DNA of 64,000 nucleotides, taken from NCBI GenBank assembly GCA_023213395.1, contig CM041465.1, positions 231,267,741 to 231,331,740 on the forward strand, given 5' to 3'. Numbering within the stretch: position 1 is the first letter of the stretch; each line of letters starts with the position of its first letter. Positions 25,101 to 38,244 of the stretch are shown here, piece by piece. Under the pieces are notes generated by a model. It was given only the letters and a program-made list of their open reading frames with translations, had not been told where the DNA came from and ran no database searches. This DNA comes from Cycas panzhihuaensis. Lineage: Eukaryota > Plantae > Cycadophyta. The position numbers were made by a program, and so were the translations under genes.

Positions 25101-28100
25101 TAGTCTACATGGCTATACCTCTTATGCCATGTTTCACTATTAACATTAGTTGAGACTTTCAAAGAATAAGTATCCAATGGAGGAATGACTCGTTTGAATA
25201 ATCTACCATTAGTCATTTATGCCTTTGCTACAACTACTTTATTCTTTAGCTTATCTTTGATTGTACATTCATCATTATCAAAAATGACCTTCTAGTATCA
25301 CTCCATCATCTGACCCACCAAGAGTAGGTTCTTCTTTAGAGCTAGAACATGTAACACATCATTAATACTCCTTGTTTCTCTTGATTCAATGGTTGTGGAT
25401 GCATTGCCCTTTCTAATAGATGCATGGGTAGTATTATCCCCAAACATGATCTTTCCTTTCTTGGATTTATCAATTTCTTTGAAAATTTCTTCTTTGTGAG
25501 TCATGTGAGCTGAACATCCTAAGTTGATGTACCTATTATCTTCTTCCTCACTAGCCATAAGATTTAAAAGAAAGAGTTTATCATTGTCTCTATCTTTAAT
25601 TATTGTGTTGGTAGTCCCCCTTTAAGTAATAGCATTTTTAGTGAAGCAATTTTCTTCTAAGTAACCTATCTTATGGCAAAAAGAACATTGGATAGTTTCT
25701 CTTCCTCTTTGGCTTTAACTTCTACCTATTGAGGTTCCCCTTCCTCTAGAAGTTGTTTTACCTCTTGCAAAGTATTGGCCTTGACTTTGGCCCTAGAAAT
25801 ACCTTTGTTCTTGTCCTTGGTAATTTTAGTTTGGTCCTTAAAAACTTCCTTAACCTTAGAAGTTACCCTTTTCTTGATAGCTTTGGTTTGGTCTTCAAAA
25901 GCTTCCTTAACCTTAAAAGTTACTTTGTCCTTGATATCTTTATAAGTCTTACCCTTGGTTTCTTCCTCTTCATCTAGGGGATTAGTCCCTTCCCTGAGAA
26001 CTTTATCCTTGATGATTTTGTCTTATCCTTACCTTAGTGGAAAAGGCATGCCTAAATAACTCATGGCCCCCTTTCTTTTCTTCAATAACTAGGAGCATAA
26101 CACTTAATTGATTAATGCGAAGAGTGCCAAGGTCTTTAGATACCTCAATGCTAGTTCCCACCATTTCAAATCTCTTTATTTATCTAATACATCTTAGAAT
26201 CCTTTCCACAATTCTTTATTCACTTAACACTTCCCCTAAGGATCTTATTTAATTCACTAAGTCTTACACCTTGGTGATGAATTCATTTACACCTTCCCTA
26301 GGTGTCATCCTTAGATTCTCAAATTTACTTCTAAGTATTTATAACTTGGAAGATGTTACTCCTTCATAAATTATCTTAAGGGTATCCTAAGCTTCCTTAG
26401 ATGTTATAACTTCACTTACTCTAGGAAAAATATGATCCTCTGGAGCACAGAATATAACTGTTAATGCCTCATTATCTCTTTTGGCATTCCCCTTATAAAC
26501 TTTCTCTTCATCATTAGTGGTGATATTATCGATTTTATTAATCCATTATTAACAAGCTCCTGCATGTCTTTTATAATGAAAATAGGCCTCATTCACCTAC
26601 TCCCATTAAGAAAATTTTAACCATCGAACTTAGGTACAACAACATTACCCAAATTTATTACCATTATGAAAAAAGAATTGCTTTTAAAATGTAACCTAAA
26701 ATATAGATATACTTGTGTTCTATCTACCTAAGAGGCTACTATTCTAGAGTTCTAAGTTTTAGGGTCTCTAAGGAAGTTCTCAGTTACTATCATATCTAGT
26801 GGTGCCTGCCCAAAAGTGGTAAACCAGGGAGCCTATATACTAGTGCATGACATCAAGGCTCTATATTCCTCAGTATATGGACTATAATAAAGGTCAAAGA
26901 CCCCCATGATTTATGGATCTACCTGCACCATACTTATGCTTGGCAACAGATCTAGCGGTGAAAACTTAAACAACCAAGGCACTCACCTCCTCTAGGTCTA
27001 ACCTAGTCTTCAATCACTAAAGGAAAGTTTCCCACCTCAATCTATAACCTAATACACCTTATAGCTAATGGTTTCCTCAACAAATTAGAGAAATATCAAA
27101 GGCATGTATAGGATAGTAATTTCAAGGCTAGTATAGATGTTGTAAGTTAGGGATTATCTTAATTAATGTTCCAAGTTAAATAATTTTTAAGTGGTCTTAA
27201 TTAAAAGTAATATTTCTTTTAATGAAAGAAAGCTAAAAATTAAAAGAAAATGAAAGAAACTAAAATGAAAAAGAAAGGTCTAGAAAGCTCTTTTAGAAAA
27301 CATGATCCAAGAAGAATCATCTTAACCTTCAAGAAGTACACCTACAAAAGGGTCAACCACAAGCACTTACAAGTCTAAAAAATAAATTAGGATAGCCAAC
27401 AATGAGCCAATAACATAATGTAGTATCAAAAAACCTTAAAAGAAATTGAAATTAGGCCTTCAAACAATAAAAAAAGGCTAAAAAAATATTAAATAAATAG
27501 TATGACTTTAGTAGCATGGAACTCCTACAAAACATATTCAAATTAAACTTAAATTTACTCTAAACTATAGCCCTCTGAGTTATCTTTCTAATGGTTTAAA
27601 TGGTTCAAAAAATAGACTCATGTTTGAATAGTTATTAAAAAAATGGTGAGAATACCTCCTTATAATTAAAAAACTAAATAAGGTTAGTTTTAAGCCCCCC
27701 TTAGTGATGTAGCCCCTAGTTACTTGTTCACTACATATGAACACCTATTAGATCAAAGAGGGGCTGGGGACTTCAAATAAAATTCTAATTTAGTTACATT
27801 TATTAAAAACTTTGTAAAAGAAATATGTCCAATGTCATAAAAAATCAAAGATGCATAATGGTTAATGGCAATCATTTTCCACCAAAAAAATCAAAGAATA
27901 AATATAATTCATCATCGTTGAATGTTTGAATCAACTTCAAAAATTCATGGAAAGAATTAACAAGAGGTAAACAAAAATCTTATTGAGTGAACCTCAAACT
28001 CTCTCTTATGGTTCAAAAAGGACATTGCTATTGTTATAGTTTTGTGTGTAGAATACTGGCGAAAAGAAAAGAACAGTGAGGATTTGATAGGGTATTTGCC

Positions 28101-29157
28101 TCATGAGCGACTTTGATATTGGTTGAGTGAGTGAGTATGGGAGTATGGTGGTAGATGGAGTGCAACAAGATTAACTGAGAATGATCACATGGGCTACTTC
28201 ATTCCAACGATAAAGGCAAATTGTACTAAGTGAATTGGGCGTGAAGACAATCATGCAGAACATAGTGGAGACTCTTGTAAGGTAGGTGAGTGAAGACACA
28301 AATAATATGGAGCCTATACAAGGCTCACATGAGCTCAGTAAAGGAGATAAATACAAACTCGAGGAGGCAGATGTCATAATCATGATAGGAGGCAACTGGC
28401 CTTACCACATTTACTCTTAAGTGCACCCAATGGTAATGATCTCACCCTTGTAGAACTTACCCTTATACATAGTTTGAACATAGAGATTAAAGTAATGCCC
28501 TCACAAATCAGTCAATGAGGATTACTCTCATCATATAGAGTGTGATGGAGGGATTGCTACAAGTAGGATTCATAAAGTAATGGAGTCACGTAGAGGTAAA
28601 TTCACACAAAACACTCGAATGGAGTAAACGGGACAAACGAAACAACTTAGGAATGGAACCAACTAGTGTATATACAGAACAGGGTTCCATTCTTTTTTTT
28701 GCAATGAAATTTAACTAGGCCTTCTTCGATTTGATTACCTGTGACAGAATGAGTAAAAATAAATAAAAATATATACCAAATAATACCAAACAAATATATA
28801 CAATATAAATCAAATATTTATCATGCTCTATAACGTGCTCTGATACCAAATGATGGATTAAACAAGAGTCAGAGCGAGTAAAGCATTATAGCAAAGGATA
28901 GTATTAGACAAAATTCAAGAATTATGGTAGTGTTAAAGAACACTAGGGTCTTATGACCCCTTATATAAATAGGCAGGAGGTGGGTAGGAGCCCAACATCT
29001 ACTGGTGACTGGTGTTTAAAAACATAATTAATAAAACATATCAAATGATATTATTTTAGTTAGGTCATCTTCATAAAGTCCCATGCTGACATGTGCCATT
29101 ATATTCTATTATGTACCATTAAATATCTTTATCAACCCAAATAGGCATTATCTAACA
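22174..29157 (-). mobile_element. Full-length degenerate Ty1/Copia LTR retrotransposon inserted in LINE ORF2
   Basis: LTRs 22174-22480 and 28851-29157; perfect TSD aaata on both sides; perfect tRNA-iMet PBS (gctctgatacca, 28837-28848); PPT tttctcccct at 22481. Confidence 0.95.
22520..26665 (-). pseudogene. pol: Copia gag-pol pseudogene (GAG-PR-INT-RT-RH)
   Basis: PR RYINLGCSAHMT (ORF 25298-25558); GAG-pre-integrase WHKRYSHV (25001-25216); SH3-like MDDKSTKCIFIG (23976-24404); RT region ~23000-23900; RH LCDNQST..FH..KHIE..YHFIR (~22640-22730). Confidence 0.9.
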
Positions 29158-32100
29158 AAATAGAGGATGAATTAAAGTCATTTTTTATAGATATAGCTTA
29201 TAAAACTCTGATGTCTCAAGAGGAAGCCTATTGTAAAGTGTGTTTGGTGATTTTGAGGTTGGTCTATAAGAAGCATATTAGAATTTTTCTCAAGTAACAA
29301 AAGATAAGTTTAGAATGTTGCATTTAGCATGACTCCTAGCAAGGATCAAGGTTTAGATGGATTCCATACTAATTTCTACTAGGCCTTCTAGTATATTGTG
29401 GAGGATGATATTGTTAGAGTAGTTGAGGAATCAAGGCACTCCCATAAAATTTTATGGGCTATGAATTTCACTTTTTTAACTCTTATTCTAAAGGAGCTAG
29501 CCCCCCTAAATAGTGGATAAAATTAGGCCAATTGCCTTATGCAATACATCTTACATGATTATTTCTAAAGTTATGGCCAATAAGCTAAAGGAGATTCTTC
29601 TAGGGTTAATCTCCCAACAACAAGAAGGATTTATTATTTTTTATACAAATCTTTAAGGGTATTTTCATGGCTATGGAAGCAATCCACTCCCTTAGATAGA
29701 GTAAAAGGAGTGGTATGCTAATAAAACTAGACATGTCAAAAGCATATGACTATTTGAATAGGGTTTTCATAAATAAAACCCCACTCGCTTTTAGTGTAGA
29801 TATAAGATAGGTAGAGTAGGTATAGAATTATATCTCCTCTACCTTCTTTTTAGTTTGGTTAATGGATCTCTAACGTAATAATTTAGGTCATCGAAGGGAA
29901 TAAGACAAGGTGATCCTTTTTCCCTATAATGTTTTATCATTATGGTGGAGGGGATTAAAAGGCTCATCACAAAACTAAAGCTAGAAAAGCATATAAAAGG
30001 GATTCAAATTTCTTGTAATATAGAGTCACTTTCTTACCTATAATTTATTGATGACATGATGCTTATAGGAGTAGCTTTAATTAGAGAATTAAGGGCTTTG
30101 AGTTATGGATACCTTTATTCTTATGCTAGGGGATTTCATTAATAAAGGTAAATCAAAAAATTTCTTTTCCAATATTCACCCATAGATTCATAGGAATATT
30201 AGTAGATTCTTAAAATATACCACTGCTTCTCTATAGATAAATACCTAGGGAACTCCTTGGTGGAAAATCTACAAAGAAATAATGCCTAGGAGGAGAAATT
30301 AAAAAAGAAAAAAGTTAAACTATTAAGTTGGCATCTTAATATCTTATGTTTAGTGGGTAGGATTATGGTTATTAGATCTATCCTTCAAGGCTTATCCATC
30401 TATATGCTCTTAGCTTTATTAGCTTCCTCTAGGATCATTACAAATATTGAAAAGGATATAAAAGGATTTTTTATAGGGAGGGCCTCATTTAGGGAAATAC
30501 TAGCTACTAGTATCTTAGGAAAAGGTACGTAGGCTAAAGGATTAGGGGGATTTAAATATTAGACATCTTAAGCCCTTTAATAGAGCCCTCGATGGAAAGC
30601 TATTATGGAGATGGGTGACAAATAAGCCATCACTATGGGCTTGTATTTGGAAGAGAATTATGCAAAAGATATAAGTCATTAAGACTTAATTAGAATGTGT
30701 GACCCTTAAAGAGGTTTATCCATTTAGAATAGGATTCTCCATAGCCTTGAAATTATCCACTCCAATAGTCTCTCAGATATCATAAATCGTGAACAAGCTT
30801 TATTCTAGGAATACTTATGGGAAGCATATGAACCCTTAGTCTATAATGAATATTTGACTAATGTAAGGATGGAATTTTAGAGGGATGGGTGGTCCAAGGT
30901 TAAATATTTAATGGTCGATGACCATTTAAGGGAAGATGACATTCCTCCTATCATTAGATTAAGGAAACAACTTGGGTCTCGATTGAAGTGTCTTATGGCA
31001 AAGGATAAAAAAAAAATTGGGGCCTTCTTTACAAAAAGGTTCTTTCTATCAAGCAAGGATTGGATGTCTTAATATAGGATCAAAAGGATATAGGTCCTTT
31101 TTTTATTAGTTAGGCTTATAACTTTTGTATTAAGGAGGAGGGAATTTCAAACTAGGGGAAGTTGTGGAAGATAATTTATCACCTTGAGCTCTAGCTAAAA
31201 ATCTTCACCTTCTTATGGGAACTAGCTTATAAAAGCATCCTTGCTTAGGAAAACCTTAGAAAAAAAGGTATGATTGGCCCCTTATTTGTGTTACCTATAT
31301 CAAAGCTAAAGAGGATATTAACCATATTTTCCTGAGGTGCAAAGTTATTAATTGGTGTTGGGACCAATTTTAAATTATCTTTAGGGTCCTAAATTAGAAA
31401 GGTCTTAAGATTCAAATGTTTTTAGTAGGTTAGAAGAGCCTCAAGGCTAATTCTAGAATTCTTTAGAAGGATTAGGACTTGGTCCTAGGTTTTGTTCTAT
31501 GGAATATCTAGAAGTAACAAAATAAAATAAATTTTAGAGATAGTTTAGGCATGTGGCCTAAGTTATTCTAAGAGCTATAAATAATATAATAGAGACCCTT
31601 ACATCTAAGATGTGGACTGAGGAGGTGTTAATTTAGTCTAATCAGGATGAGACAAAATTTAATTGTTTAGGGTTCTTAGAGAAGAACTTAAGAACTTTTT
31701 AAAGGTTGCAAAAGGGGCATGATATTAGTAGAAATCTTTGGGAACCCTTAAAGGTTGATGCATTTAAAGTTAACTTTGATGGCCCTCTAAAGGGAATCCT
31801 AGTAAAACTAGTATGGGCAGTGTTATCAAAAAGTATAGTAGTAATATCAAGCATATTTTAATATAAAATACAAGTGAATCCATGAACAAAATGGTAGAGG
31901 AAATGGCATTTTTATCCATTTTCAAAAGTACCAAATGATTAGGAATGGAGGTGGTCTATTTAGAAGGGGACTCCAAACTAATTATTAGATTGCTCTAAAC
32001 AAATTTAAAGAAAGTAGAGGCTAGTAATTAGAATATTGGCTCAATTCTTACAAAAGTAATGCACCTTAGTAATTAATTTGAGGAGATTTTGTTTAATCAT

Positions 32101-32823
32101 ATTAAAAGAGGGTAAATATAGTAGGCAATCTCTTAGCAAATTTGGGATCAAGAAATCAATAGGGTGAGAAGTAGTTAGACTCATACTTGGAAAGGATGAA
32201 TAATATAGAAATTAGAAGGGTTATCATTTAAACTTTATAAAGAGATGATATATAGGTTGAAATCATCTTTAATAGGTTATCTTGATTATCTTTTAAGTGG
32301 TGGGATACCTTTCATTTTGTGATTAATCGATGCACTTATTATAAGTATTACATGTAAATCTTTCTCCAAAGCAGATACGTAGAGTGAGTAGTTCTCGATG
32401 TTAATCATTGAATATTAGTGATTTCCTTGTGTCATTATTTATGGGATGCATTGAAAAGACATCAGGTCACCCTTAGACTTATCTATGTTATATTCTAGAG
32501 GATCTCTAGTGGCTTTTTAAGATTATTTCTTTAAGGTTTCATCAATTATAGGATATGATTCTTTTATACTTATAATATAAATTCTTGTAATTTAATACAA
32601 ATGTCTTCCTTCTTTTACCAATAATAATAATAATAAAAGATTTGGAAGTACCTTCCTAATCCCTTTAACATGAATAAATTACCATTCTTCCAAATCCTAA
32701 TTAGCCTATTATAAAAATATTTCTTCCTTCAATACTTAAGGAAAATTCTCCCTTTGTGATTTCTAAATAAGATCTATATACTCTTAAGTTAAAAGAGTGT
32801 AGATAACTAACCACATTAAAGAA

Positions 32824-32839
32824 TGTGTGTGTGTGTGTG

Positions 32840-32891
<52 letters not shown>

Positions 32892-32899
32892 TGTATATA

Positions 32900-32944
<45 letters not shown>

Positions 32945-32980
32945 ACACACACAGACACACACACACACATATATATATAT
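32824..32980. repeat. Compound microsatellite (TG)n(TA)n(GA)n(TG)n(CA)n(TA)n
   Basis: Direct reading. Confidence 0.97.
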
Positions 32981-33134
32981 GCATTGGTAGGATACTGCTC
33001 CTTCAATGACAGTAACACACTAATACAATGTCCAAATAATGCTAAAGAAAGCACTTGTATTATAATACCCTTCAAGGGGATAACCTCCTAATTACATGCA
33101 TTAGCAATGATATTTAAAATATTCTACTCTAAGG

Positions 33135-33138
<4 letters not shown>

Positions 33139-33217
<79 letters not shown>
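33139..33217. repeat. Pure (TA)n microsatellite, ~39 units
   Basis: Direct reading. Confidence 0.97.
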
Positions 33218-33221
<4 letters not shown>

Positions 33222-36200
33222 GGCTTTATGGCCACTACATAATCTTATTCTTATGCATGTGAGATATTACATGAATATATAGAGATCTCTATAGCCACTA
33301 CACAACCTTCTACTTATGCATGTGGGATATTAAGAAGAGGAAAGAAGTAGAGGAAATAGAAGATATAAGAGAATATAAGAGAAAGTAAGTTAGAGGTTGG
33401 ATCCCTAATAAAGTCGCGCCCCCCCCCCCCCCCCTTCCCCCCAAAAAAAGATTCTCCCTTAAAGCTTGCTAATTTCAATATGCTTTTAGACAAATTATTT
33501 TTTCTCTTAGGTTGCATCTTCTCGTGGAACTTATTTCCATTTGATGAGATACACAATGATTTCCTTGGGTTGTAGATGTTGGATTCTTCTACCAATAATA
33601 CATTTTAGAATGAGTTGAAGTTCTTCCTCCTTAATTAAGATAAGTAATTTTATTGAAACTTGTACTTGTTGCCTAATTACCCTCTAGAGATATGAAACAT
33701 GAAAGATATTATTGATCCTTGATGGTGGTGGTAAGTCCAAGGCATATGCAACTTCACCAATTTTCTTGAGAATTTTATAAGATCCATAAAATCATGGTTA
33801 TAATTTATGTTGTCCATCCCATTTGAGAGATACCTACTTGTATGGTTATAATTGTGAGTATACCTAATCACCTAGTTGAAATACTTATTCACTTTACCCT
33901 TTATCTACCTATTATTTCATTATATTTTGTGCAAGATCCAGATTTTCCTTAATTAGCTTGAGAATCTATATATTTTGGTAGATGTGGTCCTTAAATACTT
34001 TAACCTTTGAACTGATTATGGCATAATTCTTAAGTGTGGGTGGTTTATAGCCATATAATACTTGGAACAGAGTCATTCTTATTGATGCATGATAGGTTGT
34101 ATTATACTACCATTCTCCTAAGGGAAACTAATGATGCCATTAGCCCTACTTATCTGAAGTATAGCAACAAAGGTATCCTTCAAGGCACTTATTAATCACC
34201 TTTTTTTGACCATCTATTTATGGATGGTAGGATGAGCTCATTGTTAGTTTGGTATTAAGTAGATAGAAGAGTTTTGTCGAGAAGTTACTAATGAACTTGG
34301 GGTCTTGATCACTGACTATGCATTTAGGCATGCCATACAACCTGTGTATATCCTTTAAAAAGATCTCAGTAATTTGCTTTATCTTATATGTAGCTTAGAT
34401 GCCATAAAAATGATCATATTTATTTATCCTATCAATAACCACAAGTATAATATCTTTTCCTTCTGACTTAGCCAGACCCACAATGAAATCTATGGAATTT
34501 CTTCCTATTATTGATTTGGTATGGTAAGGGGTTGCAGTAATCTTGAGGACTTGACTATTTTTGTCTTATGATGTTAACAAATTTCACATGAGGAAACATG
34601 TTTCTTTACATCTCTTTTTTGGCCCTTCTAAAAGAAAGATTATTTTAACCAGTGGTATATCTATAAGAAACTTGAGTGACCTATTATTGAGGAGGCATAT
34701 GTATCATGTAAAATTTGCTCCTTAAGGCTAGAGTGAGGGCATATATATATCCTATTCTTGTACCAAAGAATATTTAGAAACCATATATAGTGGGTTGAAT
34801 GCCCTGCCCTAGCTTGAAGGTATTGAATGATCTACTTTATAAAGGGATCATGATCCCATTCTTGCTTAGTGATTGTTATCTAAGAGGGATTAATCATGGT
34901 GATAGAATATAGTGTAGAGCCTTCTTTCTTACGAGATAAAGCATTAGCCACTATATTATCCTAGCCTTTTCTATATATGATTTCAAAGTTAAAAGCTTGC
35001 ATTTTGGGGACCCATTTTTGTTGTTCCTCAAATTCTATCTTTTGAGTTAAGAAATATTTTAAGCTATCATGGTCTGTTTTAATTTGGAAATGTATTCCCA
35101 GTAAATATTATTGTAATTTCCTAATTCTATGGAGAATTACTAATATCTCCTTTGCATAAGTAGATTTGACTTATTCCTTGGGTATAAGTTGACAACTTAC
35201 AAAGGCCAAAGGTTTCTCTTCTTGTATTAAGACTACTCTAATACCTTACCATGATGCATCATATTCAACGATAAAAGTCTTTGTAAAGTCTAGTATTGTG
35301 AGAATTGGAGTGATAGTTAAAGGGGCCTTTAGGTGTTCAAATGCTTTAGAGGCCTTATCATTCCAATAAAATGAATCCTTTTTTAATAGATTGATTAAAG
35401 GAGAAGCTATCCTTGCATAGCCCTCAATAAATTTTTGATAATACCCTATGATTCCTAATAATCCACAAAGGCCCTTAATGTTTTTGGGTTTAGGCAAATT
35501 CATGATAACTATAATTTTCTTAGGATTTAGCTTGACTCCTTCTTGAGAGATAATATGGCCAATATATTCTATTTTTGTTCACCAAATTAGCATTTTAATT
35601 TTTAGTATAAAGCTAGTTATCTGTAAGCACCTATAATGCTTTTATCAACATGTTGAAGATGGTCTTCCCATGTATGACTAAAGATCATAATATCATCAAA
35701 AAAGACTAACATAAACTTCCTCAAGTAAGGCCAAAAGAGTTTATTCATGAGTCCTTGAAAGGTAGATGGGGTATTAGTCAGGCCAATTATCATGACTAAA
35801 AATTCATAATATCCTTCGTGTGTACAAAATGTTGCCTTATAAACATCCTCTACCTTGATCCTAATTTGGTGGTATCTTAATTACAATGCCAATGATGTGA
35901 AGAATGTTACCCCATGAAGTTCATCCAAGAGTTTATCAATGACTAGTATAGGAAATTTATCGTTAATGGTTATCTTATTGAGCTCATGAAAATCTAGTAC
36001 ATGCGAAATGAACCATCATTTTTTCTTACTAAAATCACTAGGGTAGAAAAGGTACTTTTACTTTTTCTAATAGCACTAGCATTAAGGAGTTCTTGAACTA
36101 GTTATTCAATTTTATTCTTTTGTTGATAGGGGTACTGGTATGGTCAAATATAAGGAGGATTGCTTCCAGTTACTAGGTTAATATTATGACCTTAGTCATG

Positions 36201-37930
36201 TCTTGGGAGGAGAGCTTAAGGAATATCTTGAAAGACCTAGTTGTGGTGGTGAAGCACTAATTTTAAGTCATTTGGTATGCCATCATCTTGGAGAATGTCC
36301 CCTTTGATTGGAAGTTCCCAACCTTCTAGAGGATAACATTTGGTAATGATTTGTGTACCACCCTTTTTAATGAGCCTCTCCATATGGTGTGAATTGATGA
36401 TTTAGGTTGGAGGAGTGATCCCATCGAATTTATAGTCGATGCCTTCATAAGTAAATCAGATGAAGAGCTCTTATATATTAAGTTGAATGGTCCTTAATGG
36501 TTTGAGCCATTGTACCTCTAGTACAACATCGACTCCTCTAATGGGAAAGACATATATGGAAGTGGAGAGGTGATAGTTAAAGAGAAAATATAACCATAGA
36601 AGCAATGTAATAACAAAACTCTAAACCATGCAAAGAATAAATAGCATAAACAGGCCATACACATAATAAAGAACACTAGGAGCTTCAAGTCTAAGCATAG
36701 ACCTTTTATTAATCTAAGTAACAACTAAAGAATTACAAAGATAAATAAACCCCAACTCTTCTCATCGACTCATCAAAGACTCATCCATAACCCCTCTACA
36801 TGTGTCATTATATAAGAATATATAGACACAACATTACAAGATACTGCTTTGTTATTTTACAATATAATGGGCATAAACTATGAGCCAACAAAGACTCCTA
36901 TAAAACACCCAAAAATATTTCTCAGGGGATCCTGCCCCTAAACCCCTACCTACGGGACCACTAGCCCCCTAGACCCTCTAGTTGGTGACACTATAATAGG
37001 CCCTTGAACCCCACAAAAGGGCTCAAGTGTAATGCCTATACCCATGTAACACTTGCAAAGTGTTTAACATATCTAATGATAATCACCTATTTGTAACTTG
37101 ATGTTATGGAATTTTCTCCCACAAGAGAGTGCCCCTCTATGTGCCACTATAACCTAGAGATTTTTGACAGGATATACAAAATAGTTGAGTTCTTTAGTAA
37201 GTTTTCAATTAATAAAATTATGGGCACTCCCAGAATCTATGAGGATAACCACTTTCTTTTTCTTGATGTACCCAATAAGTTTGAGTGTTTATGGGGCTAC
37301 GATTCCAGTAAAGGCATGCACAAATATAGTAGCAATATCTTCTTCTTCCTCCTTAAGTGGGTCATAATCATTATTTTCTAGCTTTAAGAAGGCCTCCTCT
37401 ACTAGTTCATCATCTTGAACATCCTCAATAATGAATAAGTATCATTCATGACACTTATGTTCTTTGTTCCACCTTTGGTTACAATGAAAACATAACCCTT
37501 TCAACTATTGTTCATCCATCTCTTACAAAATCATTCATCGCACATCAGGAATCTAAAATTATAGTTGCTTTTTTGGGAATGTTCATGGAATGGATTAGGA
37601 TGCCTTATTTTTTACTTCAATATGTTAAGTAAAATTGATAATTGTAGAGATGTTATCAAGTTTTAGGAGTTACAACCTATGTCTGTTGTAGAAGATAACT
37701 TATTAGTTGTTAAGGATGGATAAGAAGATTAATGAATGCTTAACTTACCAACTAGATAAGTGCTAAAATATCCTTTGATTACTAAAGATATAGAGGGAAT
37801 TATTCATGTAAATTGTATAAGAAAAAATCATAGTGTTATGGATGCATCTAACTCACTTAGATGTGAATGAAGCTACTTAAGTAGAGTGTGGTACCAAATG
37901 GAGAAGCTGACTACTTGGATCCATAATTGA
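33218..37930 (-). mobile_element. 5'-truncated Gypsy chromovirus (partial 3' LTR, PPT, chromodomain, INT, RH, RT, PR, gag C-terminus)
   Basis: Partial LTR ~33218-33410 with an internal ~63-bp duplication; C-rich PPT 33414-33442; chromodomain YLIKWK*VPREDAT*E (~33505-33555); RT/RH ORF 35246-35503 (PKNIKGL..GYY.KFI..YA.IASPL, FIVEYDAS); PR VILIDSGSAHNFIN (~37210-37250); zinc knuckle GLCFHCNQRWNKEHKC (~37450-37500). Confidence 0.88.
36557..37057. mobile_element. Probable solo LTR inserted in the chromovirus protease region
   Basis: Begins tggaagtg and ends cacttgca (7/8 inverted termini); removal restores in-frame spacing GDYH........P-RGVDVVL..QWL on the minus strand; TSD is degraded (atata/aagtg). 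Confidence 0.6.
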
Positions 37931-38244
37931 AGACCACCATGTTAAGCTAGGTTAGGGGAAGGGTAAGGTCTTGGGAGACCCAAGATAGATAACAAGGCTA
38001 AAATTAAAGGGGTAATAGACAAACCTATTTTTGTTATTTTGAGATTTTACTATTTTCTTATATTTTTAGAAGGTGATATATATACATATAATTAATACTC
38101 AATTTTAGAGTGATACCCCTCAAACATGAGTCTTTAGGCTTAGGGAGGTGCATAAAGTACATGGTCTACCATAATTTAGGCTTCTTGCTAAGTGGAATTT
38201 TAAAGCTATAGTTTAGGCTCATTACATAGTACTACTTAGGATGG

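Larger units (their letters stand above)
20970..32150 (+). pseudogene. LINE ORF2 (APE endonuclease, RT, zf-RVT, RNase H), split at 22174-29157
   Basis: EN: LLSWNM, CLIQEIK, ILGGDFN, FT*NNKR, ERLHRFLV, EGDKN; RT: GLDGF (~29350), RPIALCN, KLDMSKAYD (~29725), GIRQGDP (~29900), FIDD (~30047), YLG; RH: KVNFDG (~31765), LEGDSKLII (~31960). Confidence 0.88.
19460..32640 (+). mobile_element. L1-clade LINE with RNase H, interrupted by a Copia insertion
   Basis: ORF1 and ORF2 motifs collinear across the insertion; removing 22174-29157 and one TSD copy restores APKIEDELKSFF; putative (AAT)n-A tail at ~32620-32638. Confidence 0.88.

Noticed and set aside
32701-33091. ORFs over the compound microsatellite (also 61116-61494)
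   Set aside because: Same microsatellite artefact
33314-33595. 93-aa ORF with a poly-Gly run
   Set aside because: Off-frame read through the chromodomain, expanded PPT and LTR
37939-38240. 3' LTR of the Tat/Ogre-like element (starts tgtt)
   Set aside because: No visible similarity to the putative 5' LTR at 42143-45069
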